Assembly: GCA_016777125.1 (NCBI GenBank)
Contig: JADHSC010000005.1
Span: 6,345 to 70,344, forward strand
Direction: 5' to 3'
From: Candidatus Poseidoniaceae archaeon
Lineage (GTDB): Archaea; Thermoplasmatota; Poseidoniia; Poseidoniales; Poseidoniaceae
Length of the DNA: 64,000 nucleotides
Within the stretch, counting starts at the first letter, position 1, and every line of letters starts with the position of its first letter. The notes under the pieces are model-generated. The model was not told the origin of the DNA. It worked only from the letters and a program-made list of their open reading frames with translations, and did no database searches. Of this stretch, positions 20,122 to 29,392 are shown one piece after another. Made by a program: the position numbers and the translations under genes.

Positions 20122-21633
20122 ATGGATGACAAGTACGACCTGAGAAGTTTGTTCATTGGCGAGGACAGTCTCGTTCATGATTTGGTTACCTCTGGACTTG
20201 AGGGAACACCTCTTGAAGACAGTTCCTCAAACATTGCGTTCGGCCTCGGTACGTTTGCAGTGGTCAACATTGTGTTCTTACTCCTCTTCTTTTCCCAATT
20301 CGCAATCCTATGGATTGAGAGAAAAGCCGTTGCTCGTATGAATGATCGTCGCGGTGCAACCACTGCACTTCGTTCTCTCTGGGTCGGAGAAAACGGTGTA
20401 ACTGGAGGAGAATGGTGGAACATGCTTCCATTCGGTCTCGGACGTCCAGTTGGCGCAGTCAACAAATGGTTGAACCAGCGCTTTGGTAATCGTTCTGAAG
20501 AATTCGAAACAGTTGACCGTGTCAACAATCGTTCGTGGATGGGATTGAGTATTCTCCCTGGATTCTTCCAAAACGTTGCTGATGGAATGAAATTCCTCAT
20601 CAAAGAACACATGGTTCCACGTCGGGCTGACAAACTCATTTTCGAGGTTTCACCGTTCCTCATCGTTTCGACGACACTCATCATCCTTGGTATGATTCCA
20701 CTTTCCAGTGGCATATATGCAACCAACCCTGACCTTTCTATTCTCTACATCATCGCTATCTTTGGAATCGCTCCAATCGGTGTCTTCTTTGCTGGCTGGG
20801 CTTCAAACAACAAGTACACACTCATCGGTGGTATTCGTTCAGCAGCACAACTTACTGCATATGAGATTCCATTGCTGTTATCATTACTTGCAGTTGCAAT
20901 GTTGAGCGGAACGTTCAACATTATTGACAGCGTTCACTTCCAACATACTGCTGGTGCATGGAATCTCTTTTTGATGCCACTGGGAGCAGCACTGTTCCTT
21001 ATCACAATGATTGCAGAAGTAGAACGTGTTCCATTCGATATGCCAGAAGCTGAAGCTGAACTGGTCGAAGGATGGTGGACAGAATACGGTGGTATGCGAT
21101 TTGGTATGCTGTTCATGGCAGAATACATCCGCACCTATGCTGCATGTTTCCTCTTCACTCACTTCTTCCTTGGTGGATGGCACCTTCCATTCCAAGGAAC
21201 AATTGGTCAAATTCCATACTTAGGAGATGCGTACCTGTTGATTCCTGGTGCGTTGGTTGTTCTGATCAAGGCGTGGCTTGTTTTCCTCATCGTCTTCGTA
21301 TGGGCTCGATTCTCTCTTGCACGTATCCGTACTGACCAAATCCTTGAATTCGGTTGGAGAATGCTCCTACCTCTTGCAGTTTTGCAAGTTGTTCTCGCAG
21401 CATTGTACCGATTGTACCTCTTCGATGTTGAAGGAATGTCAGACACCGTTGCTGGTGGAACTGCATGGGAAGCCTTTGGAATCCCATTCCTCATCCCAGC
21501 ACTAACCACTATCCTTTGGTTGGCTATCTTTTTCCTATTGCTCAATGATACGGGCAAGAATGAACACGAAGAACGTATGTATCACGTTCAGACAGTGCAG
21601 CCCGCTGGTACCCATACTCCTGGGCAGGACTGA
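20122..21633 (+). CDS. nuoH: NADH-quinone oxidoreductase subunit H (with insertions)
   Basis: The ILWIERKAVARMNDRRG region corresponds to the NuoH ERK..G..Q.R.GP motif. Eight or more TM helices. About 150 aa longer than typical NuoH. Confidence 0.8.
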   Translation: MDDKYDLRSLFIGEDSLVHDLVTSGLEGTPLEDSSSNIAFGLGTFAVVNIVFLLLFFSQFAILWIERKAVARMNDRRGATTALRSLWVGENGVTGGEWWNMLPFGLGRPVGAVNKWLNQRFGNRSEEFETVDRVNNRSWMGLSILPGFFQNVADGMKFLIKEHMVPRRADKLIFEVSPFLIVSTTLIILGMIPLSSGIYATNPDLSILYIIAIFGIAPIGVFFAGWASNNKYTLIGGIRSAAQLTAYEIPLLLSLLAVAMLSGTFNIIDSVHFQHTAGAWNLFLMPLGAALFLITMIAEVERVPFDMPEAEAELVEGWWTEYGGMRFGMLFMAEYIRTYAACFLFTHFFLGGWHLPFQGTIGQIPYLGDAYLLIPGALVVLIKAWLVFLIVFVWARFSLARIRTDQILEFGWRMLLPLAVLQVVLAALYRLYLFDVEGMSDTVAGGTAWEAFGIPFLIPALTTILWLAIFFLLLNDTGKNEHEERMYHVQTVQPAGTHTPGQD

Positions 21634-21644
21634 GGTGATTGAAT

Positions 21645-23006
21645 ATGCCAACACACCCTCAAGCAAAACCGAACTTCCGAAATCTCTTCTGGTATCCGTT
21701 TAAGATTACTCTGATTACTGCCTTGAGAACATTCCCTCTCATGGGTAAATTGTTTCCAAAGAAATTGGGTATGGGCTATCACAATACAACCCATCCAGAG
21801 TTTTTGGATGAAGCGAGTGCACAACGTGCAAAGAGTCGTTCACAATACAATGACATCACCAATCAAGAATTTGCTCCTGACCGAGTTACATCCGATCTCT
21901 TCCCGACACTTTGGAAGCCTCAAACAGTTCAGTACCCGTACGAACGCCTTGAGGACATGGAGCCTTGGCTCTTCGTTCCAGGTAATTACAATGGCCGTAT
22001 TGGTGTCATTTGGGAAACCTGTACTGCATGTAAGATGTGTGTGAACATCTGTCCAAACGACTGTCTTCACATGACAACAGAACTTCGTGTTGACGTTCTC
22101 GACAACGCAGAAGGTGAATACGATGGATACGGTGCTGAATTGGAAGTTGGCGGCTATGCTGCTAAGTTCCGTGAAGAAGTTGTAGAAGAACTCGAATCAT
22201 TCGATCTCATCACTGCTCACACGGCACCTCCTGCAGAATGGCGCTTTGGACAAGTCCTAGATCTGAGTGGCAGCACTGCTACTGTTCGCTGGAATGACTC
22301 TGGCCAAGAAGAAATGATTGAGCAATCTGATTTACGAACTGCTGATAATCAAATCGTATCAGGTCGTATTGACATTGGACGATGTATGTTCTGTGGTCTC
22401 TGCATGGAAGCATGTGGTTTCACTTCATTCTTCATGACCAACGAATACGATGGAATGTCAGGCTTCTCTCGACAAGACCTTTGGTTTGATGCAAGCAGAA
22501 CACGTGTTCTTCCTTCCGTTCATCAAGAAGCTGTTGACGGAGAACTTGCAAAGCGTGCTACAAAGGAACGAGATAAGCGTGCAAAGAAGGCTGCTAAGGC
22601 TGCAAAAGCCGCTGTACCCGAAGTAGTGGTCGTAGAACCACCTCAAGTTGTCGAAGTAAAGGCCGAAGTCAAGGCTGAGACTGAAGACGACAAGCCCATG
22701 AGTAAAGAGGAAAAGAAAGCAGCCGATTTGCAACGAGTCAAGGAACGGTCAAAAAACATTGATTTCAATATTCTCGGAACGGCTAGTGCTGAAGAAAAAG
22801 ATGACCTTCAAAGCATCAAGGGCATCGGGCCGTTTATCGAAGAGAAATTAAACGCTCTCGGCATCTATACGTTCTCACAAGTCAGTAAAATGACCAGTGA
22901 GTTAGAAGATCAAGTCAACGAAGCCATCGAATTCTTCCCTGGTCGTGTCAAGCGGGACGAATGGACCAATCAAGCCAGCGACCTGCTCGAGAAGGGGGAT
23001 GCCTGA
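21645..23006 (+). CDS. nuoI: NADH-quinone oxidoreductase subunit I (2x[4Fe-4S]) with a ~290-aa extension: Lys/Ala/Glu-rich linker plus C-terminal helix-hairpin-helix module
   Basis: Ferredoxin motifs CTACKMCVNICPNDC and CMFCGLCMEACG. C-terminal KRAKKAAKAAKAA...LQSIKGIGPFIEEKLNALGIYTFSQV. ATG lies 5 nt after GAGGTGAT. Confidence 0.8.
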   Translation: MPTHPQAKPNFRNLFWYPFKITLITALRTFPLMGKLFPKKLGMGYHNTTHPEFLDEASAQRAKSRSQYNDITNQEFAPDRVTSDLFPTLWKPQTVQYPYERLEDMEPWLFVPGNYNGRIGVIWETCTACKMCVNICPNDCLHMTTELRVDVLDNAEGEYDGYGAELEVGGYAAKFREEVVEELESFDLITAHTAPPAEWRFGQVLDLSGSTATVRWNDSGQEEMIEQSDLRTADNQIVSGRIDIGRCMFCGLCMEACGFTSFFMTNEYDGMSGFSRQDLWFDASRTRVLPSVHQEAVDGELAKRATKERDKRAKKAAKAAKAAVPEVVVVEPPQVVEVKAEVKAETEDDKPMSKEEKKAADLQRVKERSKNIDFNILGTASAEEKDDLQSIKGIGPFIEEKLNALGIYTFSQVSKMTSELEDQVNEAIEFFPGRVKRDEWTNQASDLLEKGDA

Positions 23007-23008
23007 AA

Positions 23009-23283
23009 TGGACGTCGCCTCGGCCACTGAAACCATCATCTTCTTCATTTTTGCAACGATTACTATTCTCGGTGCATTGGGGCTCATTTACGCACAACGA
23101 GTTGCTCATTCGATGCTTTCTCTGATTTTCTGTTTCATGGCAGTTTCAGGAATCTTCATCCTTATGGGTGCTGAATTCCTTGCAGCAATTCAAATTCTCG
23201 TTTATCTAGCGAGTGTAGGATTGGTGGTTCTCTTCGGTATTATGCTGACTCGACGCCAAATTCAGGAGGAGGATTTCGAATGA
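23009..23283 (+). CDS. nuoJ1: NADH-quinone oxidoreductase subunit J, part 1
   Basis: 91-aa protein with two TM helices, immediately after nuoI. The split J1/J2 arrangement is typical of Halobacteria. Confidence 0.65.
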
Positions 23284-23549
23284 GATTAATGTCAACACTA
23301 ACTCGACTTGGACTGATTCTTCTAGCTGGTGCAATGATCTCAGTGTTGGGGACTTCCACAGTTTGGGATACTGATTCTTCAGAAGAAATCACAACAAATG
23401 ATCTTGCGAATACAATGCTCGATGATTGGGCACTTCCTCTCTTGATTCTTGGTATCCTTATGGCAATGGCCATGATGGGTGCTGCTTACCTCGTTCGTGA
23501 TGAACGTCGTGAAAACCTTGAGTGGGAACAGAGAGGTGAAGACGTATGA
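23280..23549 (+). CDS. nuoJ2: NADH-quinone oxidoreductase subunit J, part 2
   Basis: ATGA overlap with nuoJ1. 89-aa protein with two TM helices. Confidence 0.6.
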   Translation: MRLMSTLTRLGLILLAGAMISVLGTSTVWDTDSSEEITTNDLANTMLDDWALPLLILGILMAMAMMGAAYLVRDERRENLEWEQRGEDV

Positions 23550-23848
23550 TTGATCCAGCATGGGTAAGCGTACTTTCCGCTTTGTTGTTTACGATTGGGC
23601 TATGGGGCGCTTTCACTCGTAAGAACGCTATTGTCGTTCTGATGTGCCTTGAATTGATACTTAACGCAGCCAACCTGCAATTCGTTGCAGCGGCCATTCA
23701 GCACGGAGATGCTACAGGATGGGTTTACGCCATCTTCGCAATCGCCATTGCAGCCTCAGAGGTTGCAATCGGTCTTGCCATCTTCCTTGCAATGTATGGT
23801 CAACACGAATCCATCTCTCTTGACGATGTTAATTTATTGAAGCACTGA
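23546..23848 (+). CDS. nuoK: NADH-quinone oxidoreductase subunit K
   Basis: 100-aa protein with three TM helices. LMCLELILNAANLQFVAA is the NuoK signature. ATGA overlap with nuoJ2. Confidence 0.85.
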   Translation: MIDPAWVSVLSALLFTIGLWGAFTRKNAIVVLMCLELILNAANLQFVAAAIQHGDATGWVYAIFAIAIAASEVAIGLAIFLAMYGQHESISLDDVNLLKH

Positions 23849-23857
23849 GGTGATTTT

Positions 23858-26104
23858 ATGGGAACAACAACAGACATACCAGAAATCACATCTTCCTTTA
23901 CGGAATATGCCATCTTCATCGTTCTTTTACCGATGCTTGCATTCCCAGTCATTCTCTTCCTTGGACGATTGTTCAATGGAAACGAAACCTGGGTTAAGTC
24001 TGCAAAAGAAGGTGGACTCATCGCTCTACCAATTATGGTTGCAAGTTTCATTCTTTCATTAATTCTCATTGTCGAATTTATCGGAAGTGGAACGGGCTCA
24101 TACTACATTGGTGATTGGCTTAGTTTCGGATGGATTGGAGCAGATGGAATGACCATCGAGGAGGAGGTCTTTGGTGTCGGAATTTACATCGATCACGTTA
24201 CAGTGATGCTCTTATTCGTCGCATCATTCCTCTGTATGCTCATCAATATCTTCAGTATTGGATACATGAATACAGATCCAGTAAACGACAACAGAAACCA
24301 TCGTTTCTATGCTGAATTCGTTCTTTTCTGTTCAGGTATGCTCGGAATGGTTCTTGCTGACTCCTTCCTTTGGTTGTTTATCTTCTGGGAATTAATGGGT
24401 CTATGTTCCTATCTTCTCATTGGATTTTACTACGAACGACCAAGTGCAGCTTATGCTGCAAAGAAAGCATTTCTTACAACCCGTGTTGGTGACGTTTTCC
24501 TCGTCATTGGATTGGTTATGCTTTGGAATATGTTTGGCTCCCTTGACTACTCAGTCGTCTTCAACCCCGATAACATTGCAGCAGTTGATGCAGGCGAATT
24601 ACAAATGGCGCTTGGAATGATGTTCATTGGTGCAGTTGGTAAATCTGCTCAATTCCCACTCCACGTTTGGCTTCCAGACGCAATGGAAGGGCCAACACCC
24701 GTTTCCGCTCTTATTCACGCTGCAACCATGGTCAACGCAGGATTGTATCTCGTTGCCCGTATGTTCCCATTCTTTGGAGCCCCTGCAATGGCCGGCGAAC
24801 TGGTTGATCTTGCATTCATCATCGCAGCAATCGGTGGAATTACCGCCGTCATGGCTGCTGCAATCGCCTTTGTTCAAGATGATTTGAAGAAAGTACTCGC
24901 ATATTCTACGATGAGTCAACTCGCATACATCTTCACAGGACTTGGTGCAGCGTTATGGCTCGCTAACACACCAGGAATGGAAAAGTACGCAATCGTCGCC
25001 TTTGGTGCAGCTCTGTTCCACCTCTTTAACCACGCAATGGCAAAAGGGATGCTGTTCATGGCAAGCGGTTCAGTCATTCACGAAATGCATCATGCACATC
25101 ATGACGTCCACCATCACGACGACCATGGAGATGACCACGGAGACGACCACAATGACGATCACCACGATGAATTCGATGCTCAATCGATGTCAAATATGGG
25201 CGGTCTTGCATCCAAGATGCCAATTACTGCTACAGCAATGCTTGTAGGTTCAGCTTCAATCATGGGTCTACCACTGATTGGTGGATTCTGGTCCAAAGAA
25301 GGTATCATCGCCAACGCTTGGAGAGTTGCCCTTGAAGATCCGCGATTCTTCCTACCTGCTTTCTGTGTTCTTCTTGGTGCAGCAATGACTGGTTTCTATA
25401 TGTCGAGAATGTGGCTCAAGACCTTTGCAGGAAAGCCAAAGACAGAAGTTGCAGAACATGTCCATGAACAAACACCATGGATTCCTATTCCTTTGGTTAC
25501 ATTGACATTCGTCACGCTCTCAAGCGTCATTCTTGCGGGAATGATGTTTACACATTGGTCAAGTGATAGTGGGTATGCATTCTTCAGTGAGAAGGGATTG
25601 ATCGATGGTCTGATTTACGAATTTGAACACGTCTTCCTCAATTCTGATGCGTTCTACTTCGTACTGACCTATGTTGCAATCTTCATCGGAGCCATCGTTG
25701 GACCTGGTCTTGCAATGGCATTGTATGGTGGAGCACTCAAAGATGGTGAGAAAGCCAAGGGATGGATGCAACCGATCATCAATCTCTCTGCTCGTGTAAA
25801 CGAGAAGCGTGGTTTCGACAACAGCGCTTGGGCTGATTCAAGCCTATCAGTTGCCCTCAAGGAACGACTCTACTTCGACAAATGGTACGATACTGCAATG
25901 CTCAAACTCGTTGCAGGATTTGCTGTTCTCAGCGCAACCTTCGATCGTAAGGTCATCGATGGAACAATCAAGACCATCGAACGTTCTTCACAGAAGATTT
26001 CACTCAGCGTTCGTAAACTTACAACAGGGTCTGCTCGTGATTACATCATGATGGCGGCATTAGGTGTCCTTGTCATCTATGCAATGCTGGAGGTGATGAT
26101 TTGA
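23858..26104 (+). CDS. nuoL: NADH-quinone oxidoreductase subunit L (antiporter-like), with His/Asp-rich loop insertion
   Basis: 748-aa polytopic protein with conserved Mrp-antiporter-like regions (WLPDAMEGPTPVSALIHAATMV). TGAGGTGAT RBS. Insertion HEMHHAHHDVHHHDDHGDDHGDDHNDDHHDEF. Confidence 0.9.
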   Translation: MGTTTDIPEITSSFTEYAIFIVLLPMLAFPVILFLGRLFNGNETWVKSAKEGGLIALPIMVASFILSLILIVEFIGSGTGSYYIGDWLSFGWIGADGMTIEEEVFGVGIYIDHVTVMLLFVASFLCMLINIFSIGYMNTDPVNDNRNHRFYAEFVLFCSGMLGMVLADSFLWLFIFWELMGLCSYLLIGFYYERPSAAYAAKKAFLTTRVGDVFLVIGLVMLWNMFGSLDYSVVFNPDNIAAVDAGELQMALGMMFIGAVGKSAQFPLHVWLPDAMEGPTPVSALIHAATMVNAGLYLVARMFPFFGAPAMAGELVDLAFIIAAIGGITAVMAAAIAFVQDDLKKVLAYSTMSQLAYIFTGLGAALWLANTPGMEKYAIVAFGAALFHLFNHAMAKGMLFMASGSVIHEMHHAHHDVHHHDDHGDDHGDDHNDDHHDEFDAQSMSNMGGLASKMPITATAMLVGSASIMGLPLIGGFWSKEGIIANAWRVALEDPRFFLPAFCVLLGAAMTGFYMSRMWLKTFAGKPKTEVAEHVHEQTPWIPIPLVTLTFVTLSSVILAGMMFTHWSSDSGYAFFSEKGLIDGLIYEFEHVFLNSDAFYFVLTYVAIFIGAIVGPGLAMALYGGALKDGEKAKGWMQPIINLSARVNEKRGFDNSAWADSSLSVALKERLYFDKWYDTAMLKLVAGFAVLSATFDRKVIDGTIKTIERSSQKISLSVRKLTTGSARDYIMMAALGVLVIYAMLEVMI

Positions 26105-27660
26105 GCATCGATTACCTATCACTTATGGTCGTCTTGCCAATCATGGCAAGTATCTTCTTGCTTGTTCTTACATCACGTCTTTCAGAAGGGGCCCGAAGAA
26201 AATTCGACTCCTCTATCCGAATGGCAAGTCTTGGAATTACATTGGCAATGTTTGCTCTGGCAACGCTCATGTTCTTCGGAGAAATTGGCAACGTTGATTG
26301 GACCGGTATCGCCTTCAACAACTTTGAGTTCAGCGAATCCTATGTCTGGATTGAACCGCTTGGAATCGAATGGAGTGTCGGTGTCGACGGCCTGTCCTTC
26401 CCAATGGTTTGGCTGACAACACTTCTCTTACCAATTACGATCATCGCAACATGGAACGAAAAGGCAGGAGCAACCTACTTCCCGCTTATTCTCATGATGG
26501 GTGGTGCACTTATCGGCGTCTTTGTCGCACTTGACATGTTCATGTTCTACGTGTTCTGGGAATTGACCTTGATTCCAATGTTCTTCCTTATCCTCAAATG
26601 GGGTGGGAAAGACAGAAAGTATGCTGCTCAGAAGTTCTTCATCTACACCTTCACAGCATCTGTTGTCATGCTTCTAGGTTTGTTCACCATGTATTTCCTC
26701 ATGGATACACAAACCTTTTCGATGGTAGATATGGTTACTGAAGCAAATGGAGCAAACAGCAGCGGTGTCTGGCTTGGTCTTGAAGTTCAGAAAGCACTCT
26801 TCATTATGCTCATGCTTGGATTCCTTGTGAAACTCCCAGCTGCACCATTCCATACTTGGCTGCCCGATGCTCACGTACAAGCGCCTACAGGCGGTTCAAT
26901 GCTGCTTGCTGGTGTTATGCTGAAGATGGGTGCTTACGGAATGTTCAGACTTCCAATCTCTCTCTTCCCACATGCTCTTGAGGAATTCAGATTCATCATC
27001 ATGTTGATTGGTCTGATCTCTCTTGTATGGGGAGCAATCGTTTGTCTTGGACAAACCAACCTCAAGAAGATGGTAGCATATTCCTCCGTTTCACACATGG
27101 GTATCATTCTACTCGGTATCGCAAGTATGCAACCTCTTGGATGGGCAGCAGCTCTCTTCATGATGTTCGCTCACGGAATCATCAGCCCAATGCTCTTCGC
27201 AGTTTGTGGTGCATTCAAGCACCACTATCACAGCATGGAAATTGGTGCAATGCGTGGAATGGCAAAACATTCCCCGTGGCTTGCAACGAGCATGATGTTT
27301 GGATGGATGGCTTCTCTAGGTCTTCCTCTCCTTGCTGGATTCGTTGCTGAATTGATGCTTATGGTTGCTTACTGGCATGCTTATGGATGGTGGATCCTCT
27401 TACCAGGTCTTGTTCTTGCTCTTACCGCAGCATACTACCTCTGGTCGATGCAACGAACTATCTTCGAAGGTGGAGATGAAACTCAACCTCCAGAAAGTCT
27501 GCATGGCGAGCCAGTTCCTGATATCGCGAACTCAGAGAAGTTGGCAATGCTTCTCCTTGCTGGATTTACAATCCTCTTCGGAATCATGCCATGGATTTTC
27601 CTTGATATGATGAGCGAATGGACGATAAATGCCATGAAGTTCCTAGGGTTTGGTGTTTGA
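26101..27660 (+). CDS. nuoM: NADH-quinone oxidoreductase subunit M
   Basis: TTG start 4-nt overlapping the nuoL stop, preceded by GGAGGTGATGA. Contains WLPDAHVQAPTGGSMLLAGVMLKMG. Confidence 0.85.
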   Translation: MSIDYLSLMVVLPIMASIFLLVLTSRLSEGARRKFDSSIRMASLGITLAMFALATLMFFGEIGNVDWTGIAFNNFEFSESYVWIEPLGIEWSVGVDGLSFPMVWLTTLLLPITIIATWNEKAGATYFPLILMMGGALIGVFVALDMFMFYVFWELTLIPMFFLILKWGGKDRKYAAQKFFIYTFTASVVMLLGLFTMYFLMDTQTFSMVDMVTEANGANSSGVWLGLEVQKALFIMLMLGFLVKLPAAPFHTWLPDAHVQAPTGGSMLLAGVMLKMGAYGMFRLPISLFPHALEEFRFIIMLIGLISLVWGAIVCLGQTNLKKMVAYSSVSHMGIILLGIASMQPLGWAAALFMMFAHGIISPMLFAVCGAFKHHYHSMEIGAMRGMAKHSPWLATSMMFGWMASLGLPLLAGFVAELMLMVAYWHAYGWWILLPGLVLALTAAYYLWSMQRTIFEGGDETQPPESLHGEPVPDIANSEKLAMLLLAGFTILFGIMPWIFLDMMSEWTINAMKFLGFGV

Positions 27661-27661
27661 A

Positions 27662-29341
27662 ATGAGTGAGAATACATTTGACATGGATTTAATCCAAACG
27701 CTCGGTCCTGAACTCACAGTCTTTGCGGGTCTTCTTCTAATCATGATCGTTCCAAATCTTGGAAACGGTAAATTCCGCATCCCAGGAACTCAAATTGAAC
27801 TTCCTTGGTTCCTTGGTGGAACTCGATACAAGGCAGTCTCTTCTCCTCGTTTACCGGGACTACTAGCAGTATTGACCATGCTGCTTGCACTGATACAGGT
27901 CATTTGGTATCTTATCGACTCAAGTTCCGTCAGTGAACAAGTAACAAGTGAAAGCGGTTATGAGATTCTCAAAGTGAACATGTTCTCTCGACTATTTGAG
28001 GGTATTTTCTTCGCAGCACTCTTGCTTGCAGCTCTCGCATCGCTTGACAGACTTCCAACTGGCTCAGTAAAGAGCGACGATATTGATGTCCTTTTCAACA
28101 ACCGACGACAAGCAGATTTCTACATCCTGATGCTCACATCTGCACTTGGAATGAGCGTCGTTGCACTTGCTCAAGACATGTTCGTTCTCTTCATTGGACT
28201 TGAACTCGCATCCTTCTCAACATATGTTTTGGTTGCCTTCCACAAGGAAACCCGAGCAGGTTCTGAAGGTGGTGCAAAATACTTCATCGTCGGTTCAGTT
28301 GCCTCCGCAGTAGGTCTCTATGGTCTTTCAATGCTCTATCTCTGGGCTGGTTCATTACAATTCGATGTGCTCGCTGAAACATGGGCTGCTAATGGAGCAA
28401 ACTCGCTGAGCATGATGGCGCTTGGATTTGTACTCGTTGGATTTGCATTCAAGATCAGTGCAGCACCGTTCCACTTCGCGGCACCAGATGCATATTCTGG
28501 AGCGAACAGTCCAGTTGCAGGTGTTCTTGCAACAGCCAGCAAAGCAATGGGAATGCTCGGACTTATGCGTGTTCTATTGTTGATTACAATCCCTGATGCA
28601 ACTGAAGATGGCTCCGCTGTTTGGATTGGCTTACTCGGCGTAATGGCTGCAGTGACCATGACATGGGGTAATATCGCAGCCCTCGGCAGCGAGAATCCAA
28701 AGCGTATGCTTGCCTACTCTTCCGTTGCTCATGCAGGATACATGCTTGCAGCATTGACTGCAATTGGAGCATGGAATTGGGGTCTTGTTGAAAACTCTGG
28801 TAACGCAAAGGACGTTGTCGTCGCAGCACTTCTCTTCCACATGGTCGTTCTTGTCTTCTTCAAACTCGGAGCCTTCCTCGTATTGGGTCTACTCGAAATG
28901 GAAGGCGGCGCATCTCGCTTATCTTCTCTCTCTGGACTTGGAAAGAGAGAACCATTGATTGCAGTCGCTATGTTCCTGTTCATGATCTCTCTTGCAGGCG
29001 TTCCACCAATGGCTGGATTCCTCTCAAAACTCCTCGTCATCATGGGAATTGTTGAGGTTGCTACAGGAACTGGTTCTCTGGATTCACTCTTGGATGCTCA
29101 TTGGGTTTGGTGGCTTGCACTCCTCATGGTTCTCAACAGCGCAATTTCGATGTTCTATTATCTGCGCGTTGGTGTTGTCATGTACTTCCATGAGCCTGAA
29201 GAAGGCCGACAAGGACCTCTTGCTTCTGGTGTTTCAATTCGACTTGCAATTGCAATCTGTGCAATTGGAACAGTTGCCTTTGGACTGGTTGGTGGCGAGT
29301 TAATCGACCTCTGCCGTGATGCAGCCCAATCCCTCGGTTGA
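27662..29341 (+). CDS. nuoN: NADH-quinone oxidoreductase subunit N
   Basis: Polytopic protein with the FHFAAPDAYSGANSPVAGVLATASK antiporter-like motif. ATG at 27662 chosen; TTG 27650 is an alternative start. Confidence 0.8.
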   Translation: MSENTFDMDLIQTLGPELTVFAGLLLIMIVPNLGNGKFRIPGTQIELPWFLGGTRYKAVSSPRLPGLLAVLTMLLALIQVIWYLIDSSSVSEQVTSESGYEILKVNMFSRLFEGIFFAALLLAALASLDRLPTGSVKSDDIDVLFNNRRQADFYILMLTSALGMSVVALAQDMFVLFIGLELASFSTYVLVAFHKETRAGSEGGAKYFIVGSVASAVGLYGLSMLYLWAGSLQFDVLAETWAANGANSLSMMALGFVLVGFAFKISAAPFHFAAPDAYSGANSPVAGVLATASKAMGMLGLMRVLLLITIPDATEDGSAVWIGLLGVMAAVTMTWGNIAALGSENPKRMLAYSSVAHAGYMLAALTAIGAWNWGLVENSGNAKDVVVAALLFHMVVLVFFKLGAFLVLGLLEMEGGASRLSSLSGLGKREPLIAVAMFLFMISLAGVPPMAGFLSKLLVIMGIVEVATGTGSLDSLLDAHWVWWLALLMVLNSAISMFYYLRVGVVMYFHEPEEGRQGPLASGVSIRLAIAICAIGTVAFGLVGGELIDLCRDAAQSLG

Positions 29342-29392
29342 AGAGGGTGCCTTCAAGAGGGGTTGACCTCTCCGTTTACATGGTGAGCCTCA

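Noticed and set aside
29342-29392. Hairpin AGAGG-GGTTGA-CCTCT plus T-tract after nuoN as a terminator
   Set aside because: The stem is only 5 bp. Archaeal termination relies mainly on T-tracts. It is too weak to call.
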